Source: Bryobacterales bacterium
GTDB lineage: Bacteria; Acidobacteriota; Terriglobia; Bryobacterales; UBA6623
Direction of reading: 5' to 3'
DNA: 64,000 nucleotides
NCBI GenBank assembly: GCA_963422375.2
Contig: OY729427.2
Location: forward strand, 96,001-160,000
How positions within the stretch are numbered: the first letter of the stretch is position 1; the number at the start of each line of letters is the position of its first letter. Position numbers and translations under genes: made by a program. The notes under the pieces were generated by a model. That model saw nothing but the letters and a program-made list of their open reading frames with translations. It did not search any database and had not been told where the DNA came from. Of the stretch, positions 53,024 to 64,000 are shown piece by piece.

Positions 53024-54267
53024 TTCGCTCCTCTCTCAATTCGCGCAGGCTTGACAGTCACGAGCACGTAGTTGTCAGTAGCATGGAATTGAGGCTCGGG
53101 ATGTCCGGCATCGCTCAAGAGCTTACGAGCTATGCTGAGTCCGATACCGAATCGTTGGACAAAGCCTAATACTTTCATTGACTCCGCGAGATTGGGGTTC
53201 CGATAATCGGCTACGCCGGGTTCGCCGAAATTGGTAGTCTTGACGTACCCGAATGGACCTCCGGGGCTATGTATTTCAATCCGGTCATCAAACCATGTAA
53301 CCCTAACAGGAGCATTGGTCGCCTCGTAGGCTCGGTGCATAAGAGCATTTGACGTAAATTGACGCAAGGCCTCCAGGGGATAGGTTTCTGTCCTGCGCTC
53401 AATAATATCTGAGAGAATATCAACGGCAACTCGGTTGTGAGATCTGAGCTTTTCATTCAATCTTCGTGCGACGTCACTAATCGTGCCCGTAATCTCTTCG
53501 TCATCGATAATACTATCGGAAAGACTAGTTCCGTTCACCCTTAGGAATTGCACATAGGTTCCGGGCAGCAGGTCTTGTGGGCATTTGCCAAGAATAAGGA
53601 TGCCAAGAACCGTAGCAGTCTCGTCTTCGTGAGAATCGATCATTTTGGTTGCCGCAAGCTGTTGCGCCAGGGTCCGGTCGTTAGCTGCCAATGTCTCGGC
53701 GCTCACTGCACGCGAAAGATACTCGTATTCGAATGCGGCCAGATTCAAGTCTGCGATCCCAGTACTAGGTATCGCGAAAACGTCGAATGGCTGATCGCCC
53801 CATCGTCGGCGTTCGTTTAGGATGGCCTCTTCTTGAGATGTTGCGATGCCTCTCCTCGGGCCAATTCGAACATGAATCCTCCCCTTGAACCGTACCGGAG
53901 GCGAGGTCGAAGGCAACACCACCACGATGGCGACGTGAAAATCCTGATAAGAAAGTTTCTCAACAAGCATCACCGGAGCAGGTGTAATGTTCCCGGAACT
54001 ACGGATGTCTGAGAGCGAAATCAGCATACTGTCTGTGACCGTCTCGCCCGTTGATTCGCCTTTATCCGAAATGCCAATAACGACGACGCCCGGCTGTCCG
54101 GACCTTGGCAGGTCGTTGGAAAACGCGCAGATTACTTCTTGAATAGCTTCTTTGGCCTTGCCGCGCAGCGACTCCTTGAACTCCGTTTTCCAGCTCTCAC
54201 CCGCACTGATCCGGTCGGACAGCGCCTCGTCTGTCAAGTGAAGCGTGGTGTGAGTACCGTGTGCCAT
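53020..54267 (-). CDS. Schlafen/AlbA_2 domain plus HATPase_c_4-like domain protein
   Basis: GESWKTEFKE, ICAFSND, IGISDKG (AlbA_2). NALMHRAY, DRIEIHSPGG, YRNPNLAE.MK.LGFVQRFG.G. Confidence 0.88.
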   Translation of the reverse strand: MAHGTHTTLHLTDEALSDRISAGESWKTEFKESLRGKAKEAIQEVICAFSNDLPRSGQPGVVVIGISDKGESTGETVTDSMLISLSDIRSSGNITPAPVMLVEKLSYQDFHVAIVVVLPSTSPPVRFKGRIHVRIGPRRGIATSQEEAILNERRRWGDQPFDVFAIPSTGIADLNLAAFEYEYLSRAVSAETLAANDRTLAQQLAATKMIDSHEDETATVLGILILGKCPQDLLPGTYVQFLRVNGTSLSDSIIDDEEITGTISDVARRLNEKLRSHNRVAVDILSDIIERRTETYPLEALRQFTSNALMHRAYEATNAPVRVTWFDDRIEIHSPGGPFGYVKTTNFGEPGVADYRNPNLAESMKVLGFVQRFGIGLSIARKLLSDAGHPEPQFHATDNYVLVTVKPARIERGAN

Positions 54268-55317
54268 GCGTTACTGTCGCTTCGTGTGCAGGTCGTATGC
54301 ATGTGCCTCGACTGAGGCTCCAATGATGAATCTAGCACACCTCCCACAGTAACGCAAGGACCAAATCTTAGCCCCTGCGACCTTCGGTGTTTCCCTCCCG
54401 CTGTAGCCGGTCAGGCTGCCCATCTGAGCGGTCTGGAGCAACGGATCCGGGAAGCGCTTCTACGACAGTGACACTAGCCGCATTCCAACATGGCGCACAG
54501 GGTAGGCCCAAGCTGGACCAGTGGACCGACACGAGCACCATGAGATGAACTGGCGGGGAGCTCCCCCAGCATACTATCGGGCGAACGGAGATTGCCAGCT
54601 CGTACCGTTCCCGATAGTCGAATGGCGAGGCGGTCGCACTCGGCAGCCCTGCCGCGGGGTCGGCAGTGGCGACTCAACTCGCATCCAGCGCCCATTCCCC
54701 GCCACGTCAGCGCACAGCTGCTACAGCCGCTTAGGCCGCTTGCCTAGTGCCCCCACAACCGTCTCCCGAACGCGGTCCAGTTCGTGCCTCGGCGTAGACG
54801 CTAGGACGAGCAAGTCGCGCGCATGCAACCTGCCTCGAGGGCTCCACGAGCTGCTGGTACGAGTGCGCCGAGAGTCCGGTGCCGGAGAACCGTAGCCCGC
54901 CGCGAGACGCTGGTCTACGGCCTGCGGGCCGTGGGTTCTGGATACTCGAGTCTAGGAGGATCTGGTCAGTGCGGGCCAGTTGCGCGGCTGGTAGCATCTC
55001 GGTCGTGGCGAGCGCTCCAATTCGAGCTGGAGCGATCGTCCGTAGTCCCGCCATCAGTCCGCTGGGCGAATTGCCGCGCCCGCCCCTACGTCGTCCCAGA
55101 TCAGTCGCGCCCTCGCCGAGTGCGGACCCGGCTTCGCGCCCCGCCCCGGCGCTTCGATCCGCAACCAGCGCAAAGGCCATCCAGAGCGTCTGACCATGGG
55201 GCCGGGTCCATATTATTCGCCGCGGTCCCGTGTCGAGCAGCCCTCGCCAAGACGAGACCCAGTCTGCCCCTACCACCACGACCGCCAAATCTGTGAGAGA
55301 TTGAGATTGGCTTCCTG

Positions 55318-58300
55318 GTGAAATCCTACCTGCCAGTTCAGGGAAGCCTCTTCCCCGAGGACTTTCTCGCCGGTTCTATTGCCCAAACGCCCGACTGGCT
55401 GCTGTCCGGCCTGCCTGACGCCGAGCAGCTCGCTGCGTCCCTGACCTCCGTATTCGACCGGTTTCCCATTGGGCAGCGACCGAACGAGGGCCAGACCGAG
55501 TGCGACTTGGTCCGTCCAATCCTCGAGATCCTAGGCTGGACGGCCAGCCTCGCCCAGCAGAACCTGAGCGCGCGTGGGCGCCAAGACGTCCCCGACATCC
55601 TGCTGTTCGCCGACAGCGACTGGAAGGAACGCGCCAACGCGGTCCCCGAGGAATGGAAGCGATACGCCATGGGCTCGGCGATCATCGAGGTCAAGCGCTG
55701 GCAGCGCCCACTCGACCGCCGCTCAGGTTGGTCGGACGAAGTGACCGCCCCGGCGACCCAGATGCTGCGCTACCTCCGCCGCGTCGACGACCCGACTGGC
55801 GGCCGCCTCCGCTGGGGCATTCTCACCAACGGCCGTCGCTGGCGGCTCTACTGGCAGGGCGCCCGGTCCGTCGCGGAGCAGTTCTTCGAGATCGACCTCG
55901 CCGCCGTGCTCGGCATCCCGAGTGCCGCCGGAGACGCCATCGCCCCGGAAGAAAGGGGGCACTGGCTCAGGGTATTCGCGCTAGTCTTCCGGCGGGAGGC
56001 CTTCCTTCCCGGGCCGTTGGACAGGCGCACCTTCCACCAGCGCGCCATCGACGAGGGCCGCCATTACGAGGAGCGCGTCGCGGCCAGCCTCGCCGCACTG
56101 GTCTTCGAGGGCGTCTTCCCCGAGCTAGCGCGCGCCCTCGCGAACGCCCGTCCCGACGCGCCCCTGAAGGAGGTTCGCAACGCGACACTCATCCTGCTTT
56201 ACCGGCTGCTGTTCATCTTCTACGCCGAAGACCGCAACCTGCTGCCGGTGCGAGACCCGCGATACGCCCCCTACGCGTTGCGCGGCAAGGTCCGCGAGGA
56301 CGTCGGCACGCGCAAGGACCGAAACGACATCTTTTCGGAAACGGCGGCCTGTTCCGACGCGACAGCGCTCCCCTCTTGGACAGGGCTCAGGTCGGGGACC
56401 GCGTCCTAGCCGACGTGATCGACGCGCTCTCCTTCGAGCGGTCGCCGACAGGCCGCCGCTACATCAACTACCGGGACATTGGCGTCCAGCAGCTCGGCTC
56501 GATCTACGAGCGCCTTCTGGAGCACCAGCTCGTCCGCGAGGGGGACGGCATCGTCGTACGCCCCGACGCCTTCGCGCGAAAGGCCACCGGGAGCTACTAC
56601 ACACCCGACGATCTGGTGCGACTCGTCGTCGCCGAGACAGTCGACCCGATCGTGCAGGCCCGGATTGACGACTTCAAAGCCGTCATCCGCAGACTTCCCT
56701 CCGGTCCGCCAGGAGCTGACCCTCGCGCCTCGAAGACCGTCCTGCCCGACCCGGCAGAAAGAATACTCGAACTCAAGATCTGCGATCCCGCAATGGGTTC
56801 AGGGCACTTCCTCGTCAACCTGGTCGATCATCTCACGGACCGCGCGGTGGCTGCCATCGCCGAGGCGGAGTCCGTGCTGGAGGGGTACCAATCGTCGATG
56901 GCGTTGCGGATCAACGACATCCGCGACCGCATGACAGAGAACGCACGCGAGCAGGGCTGGACGCTGAATCCTAGCCAGCTCGACGACCGCCACATCGTGC
57001 GGCGCATGATTCTCAAGCGGTGCGTCTACGGCATCGACAAGAATCCCATGGCCGTCGAGCTCGCCAAGGTCTCGCTGTGGCTGCACACGTTCACGGCCGG
57101 TGCGCCGCTGAGCTTCCTCGACCACCACCTGCGCTGCGGCGACAGCCTGTTCGGGGCTTGGGTACGCACGGGCATCGACCGGGCCCGCCAGAAGGGCGGC
57201 GCACTGTTCCTCGAACGCTCGATCAGCCGGGCGCTCAAGGCCGCGGCGTCCATGCAAACGCTGGAGGGCCTGACAGACGTCGTGATCTCCGAGGTCCATC
57301 GCTCCGCGGACATATTCGAGGAGGTCCTAGGGCAGACGATGCCGCTGGACGCATTGCTCTGCCTGCTCCACGCCTTCGAGTGGCTGGGCCCGGTCGACCG
57401 CGCAGACCGCGCGGCCGTGACAGCCTTCCTGTTCGGGGGATTCGGCGACCCGGTGGAGATCGCCGTAGGCCAGCTCGGGATCGGCGGCGAGACCGAGGAG
57501 GCCCGCCGGATGGCGAACCTGCTGGAGCGGGCCCGGGCAATCTGCCGCCGAGAGCGCTTTCTTAACTGGCAGGTCGCCTTCCCCGGGGTTTGGAGGAATT
57601 GGGATGCCGATGGGCTCGAGGGCGGCTTCTCCGCCGTGATCGGCAACCCGCCGTGGGAGCAGCTGAAGCTCAGGCAGGTTGAATGGTTCGCTCAGAGGCG
57701 CCCGGAGATCGCGCACGCCGAGAGGGCGGCTGATCGGCTGCGCATGATCAATGGACTGAAGGGGAAGAAGGACCCTCTCGCCGCGAACTACGCAGCTGCC
57801 CGCCAGCGCGCCGCGTCGGCGGCGCGGGTCGCCCGCAACGGCGGCGATTACCCTCTCCTAGGCAAGGGCGACATCAATTTATACTCACTGTTCGTCGAGC
57901 GGGCTATGACGCTGGTTCGACCCGACGGACTCGTCGGGCTGCTCGTGCCTTCTGGCATCGCAGGCGACCTAACGGCGTCCAACTTCTTCCGCAGGGTGTC
58001 GCTTCAGGGCCGGCTGCGCTCAATCTACGACTTCGAGAACAAGGCAGCGAGCGACGAGCCATTCTTTCCCGACGTGCATCGGAGCTTCAAATTCTGCACA
58101 TTCGTCGCGGGACGGTCCCCGACTGAAGAGCCGACTCGCTTCGCATGCTATCTGCACGACGTCGCCGAACTTGACGACCCCGAGCGCCGCTTCATGCTCG
58201 CTTCGCGAGACTTCCTCGCCGTGAATCCCAACACGGCCACGGCCCCGATATACCGGACGCGACGCCGACCTAACCGGCGCAATTTACGCCCGGCTGCCGG

Positions 58301-59340
58301 TCTTGGTCAATCGGGCCTCCGAGGCGACGGTTCATGCGTGGCCCGTCAAGTACTGGCGGATGTTCGACATGACGATGAGCTCGAGGGAATTCCGGACGAG
58401 GGGCGAGCTGGAGGACAAGGAGGGCGCTTGGCCTGCGGGCGGCAATCGCTTCCAGAGTCCCAGCGGCGACTGGGTGCCTCTCTACGAAGGCAAGATGGTG
58501 CAGGCGTTCGACCATCGTGCGGCCAGCGTCCGGGTCAACCCAAGCAACCGGCACCGGCCCGGTCAGCCCGTCGCGACCACGCCGGACCAGCACCGCAACC
58601 CGGACTTCCTGCCCGAGCCACGCTACTGGGTGCCCGCCAGGCAATGCGGCTGGCCCGCGGGGCCGGGCTGGACGCTCTGCTTCAAGGAAATCACGGCGCC
58701 CACCAATTCGAGAACCTTTATCGCAGCCATCGCCCCAACCGTCGGCTTCGGCAACAAGATCCCCGTCCTCAAGGGGACGTGCGACAACCGAGCCGAGTGG
58801 CTGCTGGCGGCCAACCTCAACGCCACCGTCCTGGACTACGTGACCCGCAACAAGCTCCACGGCCAGACGCTCAACCTGTTCGTCATCGAGCAGCTGCCCG
58901 TGGTCCCGCCCGAAACCTACCTACGAGTCAGGTTCGGCCCCAAGACAGCCGGGGAGATCGTTCGTGAGGCCGTGCTGGAGCTGTCCTACACCGCGTGCGA
59001 CCTGGAGCCTCTGGCGCGGCATCTCGGGCATTTCGACTCAAACGGCGACGCGCTCGCCCCGTACCCGTGGGATGAGGACCGCCGCCTCGTGCTCCGCGCC
59101 AAGCTGGACGCTCTCTATTTCCTGCTCTATGGCCTGACGGACCGGGACGACGTACGCTACGTCTATTCGACATTCCCGGCCGTCGAGAGGAGGGAGATGG
59201 CGGCCCTTGGCCACTATCGGAGCCGCGATCTGTGCCTAGCGTGGATGAATGCGCTAGCTGCGGGACAGCCGGACGCTGCGGTTGAGCCCTATCAGAGTTC
59301 GGTGCGGAGTGCCCTGACCGATGACCGGCGAAGCGTTTAA
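55318..59340 (+). pseudogene. Type IIG (Eco57I-like) fused restriction-modification enzyme with two frameshifts
   Basis: PD..LF/IEVK nuclease motif, WGILTNG, LGSIYERLL, GSYYTP, DPAMGSGHFL (motif I), GNPPW (motif IV), TRD-like C-terminus. Frame changes near 56345 and 58265. Confidence 0.9.
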
Positions 59341-59486
59341 GCGCTCCTCGTTGCAGCCGCAAGGAGCCGACAAGACTAGCGGTATCGCAGGGTGGAGGGC
59401 GGTTGGCATCAACGAGAGCACAGGCCAAGCAACCGGCACAAGGCATTCGGAGGCTCTGAACAGCCTTGATCTCGGTGGTTGTAGGC

Positions 59487-60119
59487 TTATGTGTGTTCCT
59501 CGCCTAGAGACTCGACAATCAGCGAGGCCAAGAACGGATAAATTCGCGAATAAAGATCAAGATACGGCTTGATTTCCGGTGGTATATCGAAACTTACGTC
59601 AGGCAGCTGCGCTGCTGCGCCACCCGGCCCCTTGATGGGAATCCTTGGCAATCCAACGAGAAGTTTTCCCGCAATATTGTATTCCTAATAAATTCCATCC
59701 ATTCCGCCTACAAAGACTGATCCTGACACTCCAATGTTACGTGCATAAGTCAGCATCAAATATCTCATTTTCGATAGAATCTTATCCAACGTATCGCACC
59801 TATCTGTCCAATGGACCTCACCGACTCCAGAGATTTCTAAGAGCAATGGATCGTCTTGGATAGCTCTATCAAACCACTTTGATTGAAATATGTTTACTTT
59901 TCTCTTGATTCCTAACTCGTGTGAGATCATCAAGATCATCGGCGTCATCGTTGGATGTTCACCGAGCAGTATCCGCCCATCACTCAACAGGATTTCCAGT
60001 GAAATGGCTGACACCGCATCAGCAATCTCTGCGGGATCGTAGGGCCTGACCTTCATGCCTCTCTCTGCAGATGGAAAACTTGCCGACAGGAACACTGCCT
60101 TGCCATTGAGTGATCTCAT
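59487..60119 (-). pseudogene. SLOG-superfamily (cluster 3-like) protein with one in-frame TAG
   Basis: VFLSASFP, G[E]HPTMTP, QS.WF, L..MR..M, VFVGGMDGI. After the TAG (59685-59687) the frame continues EY...PIKGPGGAAAQL...* to 59487. Confidence 0.7.
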
Positions 60120-61166
60120 GATGTCAACTTTCCCTGAGAGAGCGGTCCAGAGCTACTTCCACTCCGCGCCGCCAAGGCTGCCCCACCCAATTCAATAGTC
60201 AAAGCTGAGGACCACACGCCTGCGGATCTTTGGTTTCCATCGTACGCCATCAGACGAAGAGGTCTCAGACTGCCCGAGGTCGAGGGGTGGGGCGAGGCCC
60301 GGGCCTGTAGAAAGTCCTTGCGCAATGCGCACGGTCTTCTCCGAGGGTTCGCACCGTCCAATCTACATGTTGTGGTGTCTTGTTACGCGTGCCTGTATGG
60401 AGGACAGCACTCTGAAATCACGTTTACCGCACCGAGCAACTTCACTAGCAGTTTCCGGGATCGGCGGAATGCCGCCCCTCTCATTCGCCCTGTGATTGCC
60501 GCTGACGCCTGCAAGTCTGCCTGCGTAAAGCCGGTCGGAGTCCCGCTGTGCCTGTTCCTCCCCGACTCTGTCTCCGTGGGTGCGGGCCGTTCAATTCGGC
60601 ACCCGGCAGCGCCGGCACGACGCACGAGCCTGGGTCGAGCGAGAACCGCCTGCAGTGGCGTCTCACGTCGATCCGGACTCGAGCACAGCTCGTCAACTGG
60701 CCCGCCCAGTGACCGAACCGGGCGGGCGCCCGATGAAGGCGATCCTTCGCTCGTCCGTGCCACCCGGACGCTCGCGCCCGCTTGAGACTCCGACGGTCGA
60801 ATGGGCCGGATTGAACTCAGGCCCGGCAGTGCTGCCTCCGCCCGCCCTACGGTCATGACCCCATCGACCCGCGCCCCGAGGGCAGGATCCCCGTCGTGCC
60901 GACCAAGTTGCGATCGCCGAACAGCGTGCATGCCCACCCTCTTCGACACCACCGAGAGCGACCGAGTGACACCGTCCAGGGACTCGGCAACCCACCCTGT
61001 GGGCTTCGCTATCATCGCCTTGCCGGCCAGTCCGCATGTTCTGTGATCGGCGCGCGGAAGGGCCTGCGTAGGTCCATGCTTCGCGCAACGGGACCCGCGC
61101 AAGCTCTCGGTCGGCGGTGGGACAGGCGCACCGCCCGATCCCACCCGGCGAGCCCGTAAAGTTACG

Positions 61167-63488
61167 ATGTCCGTGTCGGTGCAAAGATTGCTCGCAGCAG
61201 CCATTCTTGGCTTGGCCGCGCTAGCGACGCTCGCCCCCTATTTGTCGGCGGAGGCGAAGAGGCCCGACCCGCAGTTCACCGCGAGGTACTGCATGGCCTG
61301 CCACAGCCACGCCGCCCGGACAGCCGGGGTGTCGCTCGAGGGCCTCGACACGGCTGAGGTCTCGCTGCAACCGGCCGTCTGGGAGAAGGTGCTCCGCAAG
61401 GTCGAGACCGGCGAGATGCCCCCGCCGGACATGCCAGCGCCCGAGCCCGGGGAGCGCGCGGCGTTCTCCCGCACGCTCGAGGGCGCCCTCGACGCGGCGG
61501 CCGCCGCGAACCCGGACCCGGGGCGGCCGCCGGCGCACCGCCTGAACCGCGCCGAGTACGCCAACGCCGTCCGCGACCTTCTGGACCTCGAACTCGACGT
61601 CGCGTCGATGCTGCCCGTGGACGACTCCGGCTACGGCTTCGACAACATCGCCGACGTGCTCTCCCTGACACCGGCGCTGCTGGACCGCTACATGTTCGCC
61701 GCGCGGCGCGTCAGCCGACTAGCCGTCGGGGCCCCCCTCGCCAAGCCTCAGAAGGACATCTTCGTGCGCAACCGGGAGACGGGATTCCGCGAGCAGGGCC
61801 ACGCCAGGGCGTCATTCGGCGACTTGCCGCTCGGGGCGGGCCGAGGCGTCGCGCTGCGCTACCGCTTCCCGCGAACCGGCGAGTACTTGATCGCTCTCGC
61901 ATTGGACCAAGGCGACTCGCGGGAGGCCTACAAGCACGAAGAGACGCGCGTGAGCGTCGACGGCGGATTGCGGACGCTGGCGTTCGCCTTCCCCCGGGAG
62001 TCCTCGCGGCCCGAGCGGGCGGGCCCGGCCGCATCGAGTGCGGTCCCCCGCCCCCATCCGCCTCTCGACGTCCGCTTGGACGGACGCCGGCTGCATCTCG
62101 TGGAACTGCCCGAGGCCGCCAGGCCCTACTCGATCCGCCGGATCTCGATCGAAGGCCCCTTCGCGGACCGGGGCCCGGGCGACACGCCCAGCCGCCGCCG
62201 AATCTTCAGCTGCCGTCCGTCGTCGCCGTCCGACGCGGGAGCCTGCGCCGAGCGAATCCTGAGCAAGCTGGCCCGGCGGGCCTACCGGCGGCCGGTCACC
62301 GGCGCGGATCTGGGCCCGTTGCTGGCGGTCTACGAGTCGGGGCGCTCCGCTGGAGGCTTCGACCGAGGCATCGAGCGGGCGCTGCGGGCGCTGCTCGTCT
62401 CGCCCGGCTTCCTCTTCCGCACGGAGGATGATCCGGAAGGGGCCCGTCCCGGTAGCCCGTACCAGGTCAGCGACATCGAACTCGCCTCCCGCCTGTCCTT
62501 CTTCCTGTGGAGCAGCCTCCCGGACGAGGAGCTGCTGGCGGCCGCCCAGCGAGGAGACCTCCGCAAGCCGGGCCGGCTCGAGCGGCAGGTCCGCCGGATG
62601 CTCGCCGACAGCCGCGCTTCGGCGCTGGTCGAGAATTTCGCCGGGCAGTGGCTCGAGCTGCGCAAGGTCTCCAAGGTGAAGCCGGACGAGATCCTGTTTC
62701 CCGAGTTCGACGCGGATCTGCGTTACGCCATGCGACGGGAAACCGAGCTGGTGTTCGAGGACATCCTCCGCAACAACCGCAGCGTGCTGGAACTGCTCGA
62801 CTCAGACCGGACGTTTCTCAACGAGCGCCTCGCCCGGCACTACGGCATCGACAGCGTCCACGGCTCGCAGTTCCGCGAGGTGCGCCTGTCCGACCCGCGC
62901 CGGGGCGGACTGCTCGGCCAGGGCAGCGTGCTAGCGGTCACGTCGTACCCTAACCGAACTTCCGTGGTGATCCGTGGCAAGTGGGTGCTTGAGAATCTCT
63001 TCGGCATGCCCCCGCCCCCACCGCCTCCGGACATACCCGAGCTGGAGGAGGCCGCGGCGCGGGACGCGAAGCTGACGCTGCGCGAGCTGATGACCCTGCA
63101 CAGCCGGAGCCCGACATGCGCCAGCTGCCACGTCCGCATGGACCCGATCGGCTTCGCCCTGGAGAACTTCGACGCCATCGGCCGGTGGCGGGACACGGAG
63201 GGCGAGGCGGCGATCGACGCCTCCGGGGAACTACCCGGCGGGATGGAATTCGACGGCCCGGCCGGGCTGAAGCGGGTACTCTCTACGCAGCTGCGCAAGC
63301 GATTCGTTCAAACGGTGGCAGAAAAGCTGCTCACCTACGCGCTGGGCAGGGGCTTGGAGTATTACGATAGGGCTACGGTACGCATGATCGCGAGGCAGGC
63401 GGAGCAGTCGGGTTACGGCTTGGCGGACATGATCGTGACCGTGACCGAGGCGATGCCGTTTCAGATGAGGAGGTTGCCGCAATCGTGA
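61167..63488 (+). CDS. DUF1592/DUF1587/DUF1588/DUF1585/DUF1595 cytochrome c-type protein
   Basis: CMACH, RLNRAEYANAVRDLL, GYGFDN, ELASRLSFFLWSS.PD, TSVVIRGKWVL, CASCH..MDPIGFALENFD, YALGR. Confidence 0.95.
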   Translation: MSVSVQRLLAAAILGLAALATLAPYLSAEAKRPDPQFTARYCMACHSHAARTAGVSLEGLDTAEVSLQPAVWEKVLRKVETGEMPPPDMPAPEPGERAAFSRTLEGALDAAAAANPDPGRPPAHRLNRAEYANAVRDLLDLELDVASMLPVDDSGYGFDNIADVLSLTPALLDRYMFAARRVSRLAVGAPLAKPQKDIFVRNRETGFREQGHARASFGDLPLGAGRGVALRYRFPRTGEYLIALALDQGDSREAYKHEETRVSVDGGLRTLAFAFPRESSRPERAGPAASSAVPRPHPPLDVRLDGRRLHLVELPEAARPYSIRRISIEGPFADRGPGDTPSRRRIFSCRPSSPSDAGACAERILSKLARRAYRRPVTGADLGPLLAVYESGRSAGGFDRGIERALRALLVSPGFLFRTEDDPEGARPGSPYQVSDIELASRLSFFLWSSLPDEELLAAAQRGDLRKPGRLERQVRRMLADSRASALVENFAGQWLELRKVSKVKPDEILFPEFDADLRYAMRRETELVFEDILRNNRSVLELLDSDRTFLNERLARHYGIDSVHGSQFREVRLSDPRRGGLLGQGSVLAVTSYPNRTSVVIRGKWVLENLFGMPPPPPPPDIPELEEAAARDAKLTLRELMTLHSRSPTCASCHVRMDPIGFALENFDAIGRWRDTEGEAAIDASGELPGGMEFDGPAGLKRVLSTQLRKRFVQTVAEKLLTYALGRGLEYYDRATVRMIARQAEQSGYGLADMIVTVTEAMPFQMRRLPQS

Positions 63489-64000
63489 TCTTGACAGGAA
63501 AGTCCCTCTCCAGGCGCGCCGCGCTGCGCGGCATGGGCCTGTCGGTTTCCCTGCCGTTTCTGGACGCGATGGTTCCCGCGATGGCGGCCCCGCGCGTGCG
63601 CGCCTCCGAGCCGGCATTGCGCATGGGCTTCGTCTACGTGCCCAACGGGGTCATGGACTTGAAGGGCGAGTGGACGCCGCAGGGCGAAGGCACGGACTTC
63701 GAGTTCAGCGAGATCGGGCAGGGCCTGGCGCCGTATCGCAGGCACCTGACGTTTCTGAGCGGCCTAGCGCAGCTGAACGGGCGCCCCGGCGCCGACGGAG
63801 CCGGGGACCACGCCCGTGCCGGGGCGACGTTCCTGACAGGGGCCCGTCCGGTCAAGACCGAAGGCCTCGGCATTCGGGCCGGCGTTTCGGCCGACCAGAT
63901 CGCGGCGCGCGCGCTGGAGGAGCACACGCAATTCGGCTCGCTCGAAACCGGGATCGAGGAGCCCAGCGTCGCCGGCGGCTGCGATTCCGGGTACAGCTGC
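63485..64000 (+). CDS. DUF1552 domain protein, partial (runs off the window)
   Basis: GTG overlapping the upstream stop; LSRRAALRG.G..VSLPFLDAMVPA, FVYVPNG, GDHARA, SADQIAA. Confidence 0.92.
   Translation, partial: MILTGKSLSRRAALRGMGLSVSLPFLDAMVPAMAAPRVRASEPALRMGFVYVPNGVMDLKGEWTPQGEGTDFEFSEIGQGLAPYRRHLTFLSGLAQLNGRPGADGAGDHARAGATFLTGARPVKTEGLGIRAGVSADQIAARALEEHTQFGSLETGIEEPSVAGGCDSGYSC

Noticed and set aside
54300..55300. Long intergenic stretch as an ncRNA or small gene (also 51100-52000 and 60400-61160)
   Set aside because: No recognisable RNA family, repeat or protein motif by eye; likely eroded sequence. An Rfam or BLASTX search would be needed.
55500..58967. 1155-aa ORF as a standalone gene
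   Set aside because: Only its middle (~56345-58265) is R-M sequence; both ends are off-frame readings of the frameshifted gene.
294..63927. Many Arg/Pro/Ala-rich antisense and alternative-frame ORFs
   Set aside because: Expected shadow ORFs in high-GC DNA; they overlap better-supported genes and have no motifs.

Overview
GC-rich bacterial DNA. The gene content (sulfatases, DUF1501, PSD1/DUF1553, DUF1592/DUF1552, PQQ-like propeller, alginate-export porin) suggests an Acidobacteriota/Bryobacterales-like organism; this is inference. Four kinds of sequence alternate. (1) Intact catabolic and envelope genes: 4 sulfatases, 2 DUF1501, PSD1-cytochrome c, DHDPS-like enzyme plus TAXI-TRAP transporter, DUF1445, DUF1592/DUF1552. 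(2) Two paralogous large surface proteins (4.3-7.3 kb and 16.5-20.5 kb) built from an unrecognised ~60-aa repeat (3 vs 11 copies) plus two TbpB-like beta-barrel lobes. (3) A ~9-kb pile of decayed IS elements (IS110/IS1111, DUF4338-IS4, ISNCY, IS1595) between those paralogues, and an IS1595 composite transposon with an 8-bp TSD splitting a UvrD gene. (4) Defence-type genes, mostly lower in GC and mostly pseudogenised (DUF1998 helicase, Gabija-like OLD/UvrD, type IIG R-M, SLOG), with one intact Schlafen/AlbA_2 + ParA-like pair. The strongest unexplained signal is a directional CTGG/CCAG->CCGG substitution pattern, visible by comparing the three IS1595 copies and recurring across the other IS families. 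All family calls come from motif recognition by eye; no database searches were run. No rRNA, tRNA or CRISPR array was seen.
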